DNA from: an uncultured bacterium
Lineage (GTDB): Bacteria; Abyssobacteria; SURF-5
Assembly: GCA_964607485.1 (NCBI GenBank)
Contig: CAZSKP010000006.1
Span: forward strand, 11,344-75,343
DNA: 64,000 nt
Direction: 5' to 3'
Each line of letters starts with the position of its first letter. The stretch's first letter is position 1. Below, piece after piece: positions 38,357 through 47,714 of the stretch. Both the position numbers and the translations under genes were made by a program. The notes under the pieces were generated by a model. It did no database searches, was not told the origin of the DNA, and saw only the letters and a program-made list of their open reading frames with translations.

Positions 38357-39298
38357 ATGGCGGCGAGAAACAACGAGGCGGCAATAGAGACCCACCATCT
38401 CACGCGCAGGTTCGGCTCTCTCGTGGCCGTCAATGATCTCAGCCTCAGCATTTCGCGGGGCGAGATATTCGGTTTTTTGGGGCCGAACGGAGCGGGCAAG
38501 AGCACGACCATCCGAATGCTTTGCGGCATACTGCGCCCCTCGGGGGGAACCGGCACGGTCGGCGGATACGACATCGAAAAGCAGCCCGAGCAGATCAAGC
38601 GGATCATCGGCTACATGTCGCAGAACTTCGGGCTTTACAACGACCTCACCGTGGAGGAAAACCTGGCGTTCTATTCGCGCATCTATCTCCGCAACTGGAA
38701 ACTGGCACGCGAGAAATGCGAGTCCGTCATCCAGGCGATGAAGCTGGAGGAGTACCGCAACCAGTTAAGCGCCAAGCTGTCAGGCGGCTGGAAGCAGCGG
38801 CTCGCGCTCGCCTGTGCCGTCGTGCACGAGCCGGAGATTCTGTTCCTCGACGAGCCCACGGCGGGCATAGACCCCGTCTCGCGGCGCGTGCTGTGGGACA
38901 TCCTGTACGACCTTTCGCAGAACAAGGGAATAACCCTGTTCGTGACGACGCATTACATGGAAGAGGCCGAGCGATGCAACAAGATAGGGTTCATATGGCG
39001 CGGCCTTCTCGTCGCCTGCGACTCGCCCGCCAACGTAAAGAGCCACATCATGACCGATGAGCTTCTCAACCTGAAATGCTCGGATATCCAGAAGGCATTC
39101 GAGATTCTGTCGAAATCGGGCGACATCATCGACGTCAATATTTACGGCGACGAGCTCCACATTGTCGTCCCCAACGCGCGCGAAGGGGCCGAGCGCGTGC
39201 GCCGATTCATGGACGAGGCCGGTGTGGAGGTTCAGTCGCTCGAGCCCATCGCGGCCTCGATAGAGGATGTCTTCGTGTCGCTTTCCCGCAAGAATTGA
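38357..39298 (+). CDS. ABC-2 transporter ATP-binding protein
   Basis: GPNGAGKST, LSGG, LFLDEPT, TTH. Confidence 0.95.
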   Translation: MAARNNEAAIETHHLTRRFGSLVAVNDLSLSISRGEIFGFLGPNGAGKSTTIRMLCGILRPSGGTGTVGGYDIEKQPEQIKRIIGYMSQNFGLYNDLTVEENLAFYSRIYLRNWKLAREKCESVIQAMKLEEYRNQLSAKLSGGWKQRLALACAVVHEPEILFLDEPTAGIDPVSRRVLWDILYDLSQNKGITLFVTTHYMEEAERCNKIGFIWRGLLVACDSPANVKSHIMTDELLNLKCSDIQKAFEILSKSGDIIDVNIYGDELHIVVPNAREGAERVRRFMDEAGVEVQSLEPIAASIEDVFVSLSRKN

Positions 39299-39356
39299 GC
39301 GCGAGTTTCCATGGACCCGAATGCTTGTGAAACTGGCAAGCACAATGTTCTAAAGG

Positions 39357-39496
39357 ATGTCATCCCGAGCGAAGCCATGTCATCCTGAGCGAAGCCATGT
39401 CATCCTGAACGAAGCCATGTCATCCTGAGCGAAGCGAAGGATCTCTTTTTGAAAAAGCTGAGGCGTCTTGAGATTCTTCGCTACGTTTAGAATGAC
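39357..39496. repeat. REP-like element whose left arm is amplified as 4 x 20-bp tandem units
   Basis: ATGTCATCC(C/T)GA(G/A)CGAAGC(C/G) at 39357, 39377, 39397 and 39417; right arm GAGATTCTTCGCTACGTTTAGAATGAC. Confidence 0.85.
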
Positions 39497-39574
39497 GGTT
39501 GATGAAGTTTTGAAGCAAGAGCACACGAATCCATTCGGGCAACATTCATTTCACACCCTTCTTGAGGTAAGACG

Positions 39575-40708
39575 ATGTCGCGGCTGTTCGCGTTGATACG
39601 AAAAGAAATCATCCAGGTCCTTCGCGACCCCATCTCGCTCATCATCATGTTCGTGATGCCGGGATTCATGCTGGTCCTGTTCGGCGTGGCCATATCGCTC
39701 GACGTGAACCGGATAAGACTCGCCGTCTGGGACCTCGACCGGACGCCCAGCTCGCGCGAGTTCATCCGTCGGCTGACCGAGAGCGGCTATTTCCACATAG
39801 TCGCCCACGTCGGCAACGACCGTGAGATCAGGCGGCTGGTCGATGCCGGCGAGGTCAGCGTCGCCGTGAAGATTCCGCCCGATTTCGAGCGCAACCTGAG
39901 GGCTGCGCAGCCATCACCCGTCAGAATAGTGGTCGATGGGGCCGACAACAATACGGCCACTATCACGCTGAGCTACATCAACCTGATAGTGGAGCGATAT
40001 TCAACCGAACGACTCATCGAGGGATTCGGCCGGCGCGGGGTTCCGGTTGAAAGGGTGCGACTGCCGGTCGAGCTGGAGCCGCGCATCTGGTACAACCCCG
40101 AGCTGTTGAGCGAAAATTTCTTCGTGCCGGGATTGATAGGATTGGTCATGATGGTCACGACCACCGTGCTCACCGCGCTTTCGATCGTGAAGGAGAGAGA
40201 GCGGGGAACCATCGAGATGCTGATGGTCTCGCCCCTCTCGCGGGCAGAGCTGGTGCTGGGCAAGATATTTCCGTATTTTGTGATAGCGCTCATCAACACG
40301 GTCGTGCTGGTTGTGTTGGCACAGTTGCTGTTCGGCGTTCCCTTTCGGGGCAGCACAGCCTTGTTCCTCGCGCTATCGGCCCTCTTTCTCCTGACCGCCC
40401 TGAGCTTTGGGGTGTTCATATCGACGCTGGCTTCGAGCCAGCAGGTGGCCTGGACGGTGTGTATGCTCTCGACCGTGCTCCCTTCATTTCTGCTCTCCGG
40501 CTTCATATTCCCTATCGAGAGCATGCCGTGGGGCATACGGCTGTTCACGTATCTTGTGCCCGTGCGCTATTACATGGTCATAATCAGGGGAATCATACTC
40601 AAAGGAGTGGGCGCCGAATCGCTCGTTCCCCAGATAGTGAGTCTGGCCGTTTTCGCGTTCGTCATGATAACGGTTTCCTCGCGGAGGGTAGCCCGGAGGC
40701 TCGCATAG
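39575..40708 (+). CDS. ABC-2 permease (YbhS-like)
   Basis: RKEIIQVLRD, WYNPEL, FVPGL, KERERGTIE, LSGFIFPIESMP. Confidence 0.92.
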   Translation: MSRLFALIRKEIIQVLRDPISLIIMFVMPGFMLVLFGVAISLDVNRIRLAVWDLDRTPSSREFIRRLTESGYFHIVAHVGNDREIRRLVDAGEVSVAVKIPPDFERNLRAAQPSPVRIVVDGADNNTATITLSYINLIVERYSTERLIEGFGRRGVPVERVRLPVELEPRIWYNPELLSENFFVPGLIGLVMMVTTTVLTALSIVKERERGTIEMLMVSPLSRAELVLGKIFPYFVIALINTVVLVVLAQLLFGVPFRGSTALFLALSALFLLTALSFGVFISTLASSQQVAWTVCMLSTVLPSFLLSGFIFPIESMPWGIRLFTYLVPVRYYMVIIRGIILKGVGAESLVPQIVSLAVFAFVMITVSSRRVARRLA

Positions 40709-41866
40709 GTGTTCAGGCAGTTACTCAACATCACACTCAAGGAGTTCGTCCAACTAAGGCGGGACAAGCGCATGTTTCCGCTGATATTGATAGCTCCCAT
40801 TCTGCAGATGCTCCTTTACGGATACGCGGCCACGTTCGACATTGAGAACATACCCACCGCCGTTTACGATTCCAGCCGCTCGGCCGAATCGCGTGAGTAC
40901 CTGCGCCGGTTCTTCAATTCACGCTATTTTCGACACGAGCTCTATACCGACAGCTACGCGGGGGTTCACTCGGCCCTGGACTCCGGCAGGGTGACCGCGG
41001 CGATAGTTATTCCCGGCGACTTCTCGAGTGACCTGAGGCGCGGTAGCGGCGCGAAGGTGCAGGTGCTGATTGACGGCACCAACTCGAACGAGGCGACTCT
41101 CGCGGCCAACTATGCGGCGAGGATATCGCAGAGATACTCGGTCGAGCAGTTGATGACTCAGGTAAGAATACTGGGAGGCGGCGAGATGCTCGACGCCGCT
41201 CAGCGCGCGGCCGAAGGAGGGATGCTCGTGGACGACCGCCTCCGCGTGCTGTACAACCCCAGCCTGCAGAGCCGCAACTTCATGGTGCCCGGCGTCATCG
41301 CGCTCATACTTCTCGTCATGACGTCCATAATGACGGCGATGAGCCTCGTCCGGGAAAAGGAAATCGGGACGATGGAACAGCTCATCGTCACCCCGCTCAA
41401 CCCTGTCGCCCTGATTCTGGGGAAACTCATTCCCTTCATCGGCATCGGGATGATAGACGTCGCCATCGTGCTGGTGGCGGCGGTGTTCTGGTTCGGGATA
41501 CCCATTCGGGGCAGCGTCCCGCTTCTTTTCGCTCTTTCCGGCCTGTTCCTTATCTCCACGCTTGGGTTCGGCCTGCTCGTCTCCACTTTTTGCCGGTCGC
41601 AGCAGCAGGCGATGATTACCGCATTTCTCGCCATACTTCCGATGATCCTTCTTTCCGGCTTCATCTTTCCCATCGCAAACATGCCCGTACCCATACAGTA
41701 TATGACCTACCTGATGCCAGTCCGGTACTTCTTGATTATCATTCGGGGGATAATCCTCAAGGGCATCGGCGCAGATGTGCTCGCGGCCCAGATATATCCC
41801 CTGGTGGCATTCGGAACCGCGATGGTGCTGATCTGTCTGGCTCGCTTCCGCAAACGAATTGAGTAG
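40709..41866 (+). CDS. ABC-2 permease (YbhR-like)
   Basis: KEFVQLRRD, YNPSL, MVPG, REKEIGTMEQL, LSGFIFPIANMP. Confidence 0.92.
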   Translation: MFRQLLNITLKEFVQLRRDKRMFPLILIAPILQMLLYGYAATFDIENIPTAVYDSSRSAESREYLRRFFNSRYFRHELYTDSYAGVHSALDSGRVTAAIVIPGDFSSDLRRGSGAKVQVLIDGTNSNEATLAANYAARISQRYSVEQLMTQVRILGGGEMLDAAQRAAEGGMLVDDRLRVLYNPSLQSRNFMVPGVIALILLVMTSIMTAMSLVREKEIGTMEQLIVTPLNPVALILGKLIPFIGIGMIDVAIVLVAAVFWFGIPIRGSVPLLFALSGLFLISTLGFGLLVSTFCRSQQQAMITAFLAILPMILLSGFIFPIANMPVPIQYMTYLMPVRYFLIIIRGIILKGIGADVLAAQIYPLVAFGTAMVLICLARFRKRIE

Positions 41867-41935
41867 ACGTTGCACTTGATGCGAGCGCCATGATAAAATT
41901 GGCCGACGGTTGCTAACGCTGAAAGGCGGTCCCGA

Positions 41936-42799
41936 TTGGCACCCCAACACAACTTCGCTCAGGCAAAAAGGGTCCTGCTCACCGTCCTGGTGCTCAACTG
42001 GCTGGTATCAGCCGTCAAGATAGTGGTCGGCTATCTCATCAATTCCGTCAGCATGACCGCCGACGGGTTCCACTCCCTCCTCGACGGAGCCTCGAACATC
42101 ATCGGACTGGTGGGGCTCACCATCGCCTCAAAAGATCGGGATGAGACCCACCCGTACGGCCACAAGAAGTACGAGACGTTCACGGCGGTGGGAATATCGC
42201 TGCTCTTGTTCGTCACGTGCTTCGAGGTCATCGAGCTTGCGGTGCGCCGCTGGCTGGAACCGAAACAAATCCACGTGACTGCCTTCAGCTTCGGCGTGAT
42301 GATAGTCACGATGTGCATCAACTTTCTCATCATGCGATACGAGAGCAGGAAAGGTCGCGAACTGCTCAGCGACGTGCTCATCGCCGACTCGGCCCACACC
42401 AAGAGCGACATCTACGTTTCGGCCTCCGTTATCGCGACGCTCGTTCTGGCGAAGGTCGGTTATCCGCGATTCGACGTTATCGTTGCCATAGGCATTGCGC
42501 TCGCCATTGGACGCGTGGGCTTTCTGATAATGAAGCGAAGCTCCAGGGCGCTTGTCGATACGATGGTGCTCGACAAATCGCGCATCGAGGAAATATGCGC
42601 GAGCATCGAGGGTATCGAAAAATGTCACAAGATACGCACGCGCGGCCGGGAGGACGACATCAATATCGACCTTCATGTCGTCGTTGACGAGGACATGCCC
42701 GTGCACGACGCCCACGCCCTTTCACACGAACTCGAGCAACGCCTTAAACAGCAAATCCCCGGCGTCACCGATGTGCAAATCCACATAGAACCCTTCTGA
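41936..42799 (+). CDS. Cation diffusion facilitator (FieF-like)
   Basis: ADGFHSLLD, HPYGH, ADSAHTKSD, C-terminal IHIEP. Confidence 0.92.
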   Translation: MAPQHNFAQAKRVLLTVLVLNWLVSAVKIVVGYLINSVSMTADGFHSLLDGASNIIGLVGLTIASKDRDETHPYGHKKYETFTAVGISLLLFVTCFEVIELAVRRWLEPKQIHVTAFSFGVMIVTMCINFLIMRYESRKGRELLSDVLIADSAHTKSDIYVSASVIATLVLAKVGYPRFDVIVAIGIALAIGRVGFLIMKRSSRALVDTMVLDKSRIEEICASIEGIEKCHKIRTRGREDDINIDLHVVVDEDMPVHDAHALSHELEQRLKQQIPGVTDVQIHIEPF

Positions 42800-42896
42800 C
42801 TTTTCCGCAGAACTTTTGCTTGACAGAACCTCGGCCTTCTTGATTTAATCTGCCTAGAACATCTGCCGCACCTACTAACCATCACAAGGACGCCGG

Positions 42897-44903
42897 ATGA
42901 TGAATGATATGAGGGGGAGAAGCTCCTTCCTGAAAAAGCGCGGGGTGCAATTGGCGGCCATCTGTTGGCTGTTGTTGGCACTCGTTATCGTCTTGAACCG
43001 GGAAGACATTTGGGACTTTGTCCGCCCTTACTCTCCATTTGGCAGAATAGAATATACGCCTCCACCCGCGTTGGGGGACGCGGGCCCCGGCGCCGGGTAC
43101 CTTCGTCACCCTATCCGGGGAATTAAGTACGCACATCAGACGATGTTGGCGAAGCGACAGAGTGACAATGGCCCGATAAGGTTCACTATTGACGCCGAGA
43201 AAGGGGACGGTTTGGAGGTCGGGTTGGTCCGTCTCAGCGGACCGCGCCATAATTCCGGTGAATACGTTTTCAACGTTTACGAACTGCTGAAAGGAAAAAG
43301 GAAGAAGCTGCTCGAGACGTCGGGAGAATTTCCGGTGGATAAGTGGACGTTTTTTCGAATCAACAATGGTTTGGCAGGGCGAAACGACGGCACCACTGAA
43401 ATCCAATACACGATCAGACGCAAAGGATGGAAAGGGAAAATCGCGTCAATTTTTTCGAGGGGAAAAGAGGGCGACGGCCTCTATCAGAATTTCGCGTTCC
43501 TGAAGCCCAATCTATTAAACAAGAGGAAGCAGGGAGAGTTAAACGTCATCCTGATTTCATTCGATACACTCCGCGCCGATCACCTGGGTTGTTACGGATA
43601 TCCTCGCGACACGAGTCCCAACATCGATGACTTCGCCCGCAAGAGCGTTATGTTTTCGCAGGCGATAAGTCCGCAGCCGCAAACGATTCCCGCCCATCGC
43701 AGTTTGTTTACCGGGCTCTATCCAATGGCCCACGGGTACCAGGAGAAGGTGGGAGGGTGGGACGAGTTTATCGGAATATTCCGGCCCCTATACCCCCATG
43801 CGACGCTCGCCAGTGTCCTGAGGGACAACGGATATTACACGGCTGCGTTCACTGGCGGCGGAACCATATCCTCGGAGTTCGGGTTTGCAAGAGGCTTCAA
43901 CGTTTACGAGGAGTTTTGTAGCTTCGAACGGATCGATGATCCCAAGTTAATGGGAATAAGTCGCGACAACGATACGAAAAAAATATTCGACAACGCCATT
44001 CAATGGCTGAAGGAGAATTCCGACCTGAAGTTCTTCATGTTTGTCCACACATTCGAGTGTCACTCTCCCTATGAAGGTACTTACTTTCTTTCCGACGACT
44101 CAGCGAGCAGCCTTATCGAACAGAGAAAGGCGCTCTATGACGGGGACATCAGAATCGCGGATTCGCACTTCGGCAGACTCATGCAGGCAGTTGATTCGCT
44201 TAACCTCCTGTCGGACACGGTGATCTTGTTTGTGAGCGATCACGGCGACGACCTTTACGATCACTATCGGGAGAGCGACTGGATTCCGCCCATTCCCAAA
44301 GATCTTATCATTCCCCAAGTAAACCGAATCGACCACGGTCATTCGCTATATGATGAACTCATTCATGTTCCTCTAATCGTCTATATTCCCGGGATAGAGC
44401 CTCCGAAGCGCATCATCGGCAATCAGGTGCAGCTAACAGATGTGATGCCAACAATCCTTCAACTTCTCGGCATTGAATATGAAGGCCCTGTCAACGGAAC
44501 GAGCATATTGGAACTCATGATGACGGGCAGAAGAAATGAAGATCCTCCGGCTTTAGGCGAGTGCGGCATCACCGGAGAAAACCGAAAATCGATTCGAAAG
44601 GACGGATACAAATACATCTGGACCAAGGACCCGGCACGCGTGCCGCCGAGCGGCGTAACTCTGAGAAATCTCCACGAACACGAGCTCTTCAACTTGAAGA
44701 GCGACCCCAAGGAAAAGATCAATATCTATGATGAAAACAAGGAACTGGGCGCGGAATATGACAAAATTCTCAAGGAGCAGCTCGAGGCGACGGCGGCCCT
44801 CAAAAACAGGTTGCAGACAATGAATAAGCAGACCGACGAGGAATCAACCCGCTTGTCGGAGGACGTATATGACAGCGTTAAGGCTCTGGGATACCTGCAA
44901 TGA
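42897..44903 (+). CDS. Membrane-anchored sulfatase-like (alkaline phosphatase superfamily) protein
   Basis: NVILISFDTLRADHLG, QTIPAHRSLFTG, FVHTFECHSPY, VSDHG, HGHSLYDE, LFNLKSDP.E, KALGYL. Confidence 0.85.
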   Translation: MMNDMRGRSSFLKKRGVQLAAICWLLLALVIVLNREDIWDFVRPYSPFGRIEYTPPPALGDAGPGAGYLRHPIRGIKYAHQTMLAKRQSDNGPIRFTIDAEKGDGLEVGLVRLSGPRHNSGEYVFNVYELLKGKRKKLLETSGEFPVDKWTFFRINNGLAGRNDGTTEIQYTIRRKGWKGKIASIFSRGKEGDGLYQNFAFLKPNLLNKRKQGELNVILISFDTLRADHLGCYGYPRDTSPNIDDFARKSVMFSQAISPQPQTIPAHRSLFTGLYPMAHGYQEKVGGWDEFIGIFRPLYPHATLASVLRDNGYYTAAFTGGGTISSEFGFARGFNVYEEFCSFERIDDPKLMGISRDNDTKKIFDNAIQWLKENSDLKFFMFVHTFECHSPYEGTYFLSDDSASSLIEQRKALYDGDIRIADSHFGRLMQAVDSLNLLSDTVILFVSDHGDDLYDHYRESDWIPPIPKDLIIPQVNRIDHGHSLYDELIHVPLIVYIPGIEPPKRIIGNQVQLTDVMPTILQLLGIEYEGPVNGTSILELMMTGRRNEDPPALGECGITGENRKSIRKDGYKYIWTKDPARVPPSGVTLRNLHEHELFNLKSDPKEKINIYDENKELGAEYDKILKEQLEATAALKNRLQTMNKQTDEESTRLSEDVYDSVKALGYLQ

Positions 44904-44960
44904 TACGAAGCTGAGGTCAGGGAGACAGGCCCCATTTTCGCCGAGCCGCCGGCCAGTGCC

Positions 44961-45722
44961 TCACGCTGTCGAGCCGCCGTCGATGTTGACGATGGCGCCG
45001 GTGAGGTAGCTGGCGGCGTCGGACGCGAGGAATGTCGCAAGGCCGACGATTTCATCCGTCGTGGCGAGCCTGCCCAGCGGGATGTCGCGTACGACCTCGG
45101 CGTGCATCTCGGGGCTGCTCCAGATCGCCTCGCTGAATTTCGTCTCGACCATGCCGGGTGAGATGGCGTTCACGCGTATGCCCACACCGGCAAGCTCCTT
45201 GGCGAGCACCTTGGTGAGCATATCGACGCCTGCCTTGCTCACGCTGTATGCCCCGAGCAGCGGCGCAGCCTTCTGTCCGGCCACCGACGATACGTTTATG
45301 ATGACTCCGCTCCCCTGTCCCATCATGACCTGTCCCACGGCCTGTGCGAAGAGGAAGTAGCTCTTCAGGTTGGTGTTCATGATCTTGTCCCACCCATCCT
45401 CGCGTAGGTTCATGATGGGCGACATGATGCTGCGGGCGACGTTGTTCACGAGAATGTCTATCCGACCGAACTTCTCGAGCGCGGCGGAGACGAACCGTTC
45501 GATGTCCTCTCTCTTGCCCACGTCGGCCGCTGTCGCAAGTGCGCGCCGGCCGAGCTGTTCTATCTCGACCGCAACGGGTTCCACGTTCTCCGCCTTTCGG
45601 CTGCAGATGGCCACATCTGCGCCGGCCTGGGCAAACCCGAGCGCAATTGCCTTCCCGATTCCTCTGCTGGCTCCCGCCACGAGCGCTATCTTGCCGGTCA
45701 ACGCGAATCTATCAAGCGACAT
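44961..45722 (-). CDS. Short-chain dehydrogenase/reductase
   Basis: GASRGIG, NNVA, YSVSK, IDGG. Confidence 0.93.
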   Translation of the reverse strand: MSLDRFALTGKIALVAGASRGIGKAIALGFAQAGADVAICSRKAENVEPVAVEIEQLGRRALATAADVGKREDIERFVSAALEKFGRIDILVNNVARSIMSPIMNLREDGWDKIMNTNLKSYFLFAQAVGQVMMGQGSGVIINVSSVAGQKAAPLLGAYSVSKAGVDMLTKVLAKELAGVGIRVNAISPGMVETKFSEAIWSSPEMHAEVVRDIPLGRLATTDEIVGLATFLASDAASYLTGAIVNIDGGSTA

Positions 45723-45934
45723 CGGCGCCTCTCCTTCCATCGGTTGATTCCATTTTCCTCTGAAAACTGCCAAATGATACCATCGACGCTTCAGCTTGTC
45801 AAACGGTTTTGGAGGAAGGAATCCGCCCCCCTTTCTCTTTCTGGGTTAGGAGAAAAAAAGAAAGAAAGTAGAGGAGCGACCTCGTCTTGTTTGAGACGCC
45901 GGCCGGGGAATTCTTAGGAGGGAGAGTCCAATTC

Positions 45935-46081
45935 TGTACATTTTTTGTCGAAACGACAACATTTGTCGGTTTCGCCATATGTTGAAGCATTGCTTGGTAT
46001 AAATAATGTTATATCAATTGCTTAAGCCAGAGTCGGCCGTGGTCGTATCCCCGCAAGCACACTATTTGGCACAGATAGTGC
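45935..46081 (+). promoter_or_regulatory. sigma54 promoter with IHF site and candidate enhancer sites
   Basis: TGGCAC-AGATA-GTGC (GG-N10-GC, 46067-46081); IHF consensus TATCAA-TTGC-TTA (46012-46024); palindrome TGTCG-AAA-CGACA (45946-45958). Confidence 0.75.
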
Positions 46082-46323
46082 TCGGTGCATGGAGAGAAAT
46101 CTGGAAGAGTCTCTGGTAAGAGCCTGAGTTTTCGATAGTTTTGGTAGGATTCGTATATTCCGAGTAACCGAAGAGTCGGTCGGCGGACCGCGAATCCAAT
46201 GTGTGTGTCTGCTAAGAAAAAGACAGTGGAATAGGGAAGGGGGGATGCGCGAGGCGATGCGCGGAGCAATTTCTGTTGTATTGTTCGTCTTCTGATTTCA
46301 GGAACTATAAGGGAGGGAAAAAG

Positions 46324-47013
46324 ATGCGTAAGAATGCAGGATTCACACTGATCGAGGTTATTGTAGCGGTGGGCATAGTGGCGATTCTTTCCGCCGCCGT
46401 GGCCGTCAGCGTGGTCAAGTATCTCAACGACGGCAGAATCGCGCGCGCCGCGAGCGACTCGCAGACCATCGGCACGGCCGTCATGGCCTTTATGAAGGAC
46501 ACAGGGAAGTGGCCGGTCAGCAATGACGGCAACATCAACGACGCGGGCGAAGTCAGCCGTCTCGTCGGCCTGGCAAGGGGCGACGTGGGCAATGCTGCAA
46601 TGATACCCGACGGCGCCGGCACCGCCGTGGGCGACGGCAACTGGGACGGCGGCGGCTCCGGCGGAACCGCGGCTGCCATGGAAGACATGCTGATCCTCAA
46701 CCAGGATGCCGACACGGTTCCGCTCTATGCCGTGAGCCAAACCGCTCCGGTCAGACAGGGCTGGAACGGTCCGTACATTGACAGCATTCCTCTGGATCCG
46801 TGGGGGAACCCCTACGTGTGCAACATCCGGTATGCTCCGGGCGGCAGTGTCGGTGGCGTGACTCCCGCCGAAGAGGCGACACATGCGGTGTTTGTGTTGT
46901 CAGCCGGTCCGAACGCTCTGTTCGAGACCTCCTTCGACGATGCCACCGCGCTGGGTAATGCCGGAGTCGGCGGAGACGACATCGGTTTTCTGGTTGCGGG
47001 CGCCACGCAGTAA
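46324..47013 (+). CDS. Major pilin/pseudopilin, GspG-like
   Basis: MRKNAG|FTLIE prepilin site; GWNGPY..DPWGNPY; VLSAGPN; GDDI. Confidence 0.88.
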   Translation: MRKNAGFTLIEVIVAVGIVAILSAAVAVSVVKYLNDGRIARAASDSQTIGTAVMAFMKDTGKWPVSNDGNINDAGEVSRLVGLARGDVGNAAMIPDGAGTAVGDGNWDGGGSGGTAAAMEDMLILNQDADTVPLYAVSQTAPVRQGWNGPYIDSIPLDPWGNPYVCNIRYAPGGSVGGVTPAEEATHAVFVLSAGPNALFETSFDDATALGNAGVGGDDIGFLVAGATQ

Positions 47014-47035
47014 GCGTCGAACGAAGGTATCCGAA

Positions 47036-47650
47036 TTGAGAGAATCTCGCGGGTTCACGATCATCGAGGCAATTGTCGCTCTGGCTATCGTAGCGATCTT
47101 GTCGGGAGTAGTCACGGTTGCGGTCTTGAACTATTTGAATTCCGGCAAGATCGCGCGAGCGCAGAGTGATTGCGCCACGATAGCCAAGGCCATCCTCCAG
47201 TTTCGGGCTGATTGCGCATTCTGGCCGACGAGGACGAACGCCGCGGCGGCCGAAAATGTCGACTGCCTCATAACCGGAGGTCCGGGGACCGTGCCGCCGG
47301 GCGACGACTCGGTGGCTCCGGGTGCAAGCAACTGGGGAAGCTTCGGAGTCGTCGATACGATCTCCGACCAGTTGATTACGAATGCTCCCGTCTATTCGAC
47401 TACTGTGAATCCCCGGCTTCAGCCCGGATGGAACGGCCCGTACCTGAACGCCGATGTCCTGGACCCATGGGGAAACTCCTATATGGTCAACATCCGGTAC
47501 CTGAGGTCTAACGGGCCGGCCAACAGCGCGGCGCACAACGTGTTTGTGCTGTCCGCGGGAGCCAACGGAATCACTGAAACCGCGTATAACGACGGTGTCG
47601 TCGGGGAGGTCATTACGCTCGGAGACGACATAGGCTATCAGGTGCGATGA
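47036..47650 (+). CDS. Second GspG-like pilin (paralog)
   Basis: TTG start; RESRG|FTIIE; GWNGPY..DPWGNSY; VLSAGAN; GDDI. Confidence 0.86.
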   Translation: MRESRGFTIIEAIVALAIVAILSGVVTVAVLNYLNSGKIARAQSDCATIAKAILQFRADCAFWPTRTNAAAAENVDCLITGGPGTVPPGDDSVAPGASNWGSFGVVDTISDQLITNAPVYSTTVNPRLQPGWNGPYLNADVLDPWGNSYMVNIRYLRSNGPANSAAHNVFVLSAGANGITETAYNDGVVGEVITLGDDIGYQVR

Positions 47651-47714
47651 ATGGGGGAGCATTAACTTCTGATTTCTCCCGTTCGTGTCGCTATAGCGGA
47701 AAGACAGACTGAAG

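Noticed and set aside
39357-39436. Possible CRISPR array (also 49531-49598)
   Set aside because: The units are head-to-tail with no unique spacers, they derive from a REP arm, and there are no cas genes.
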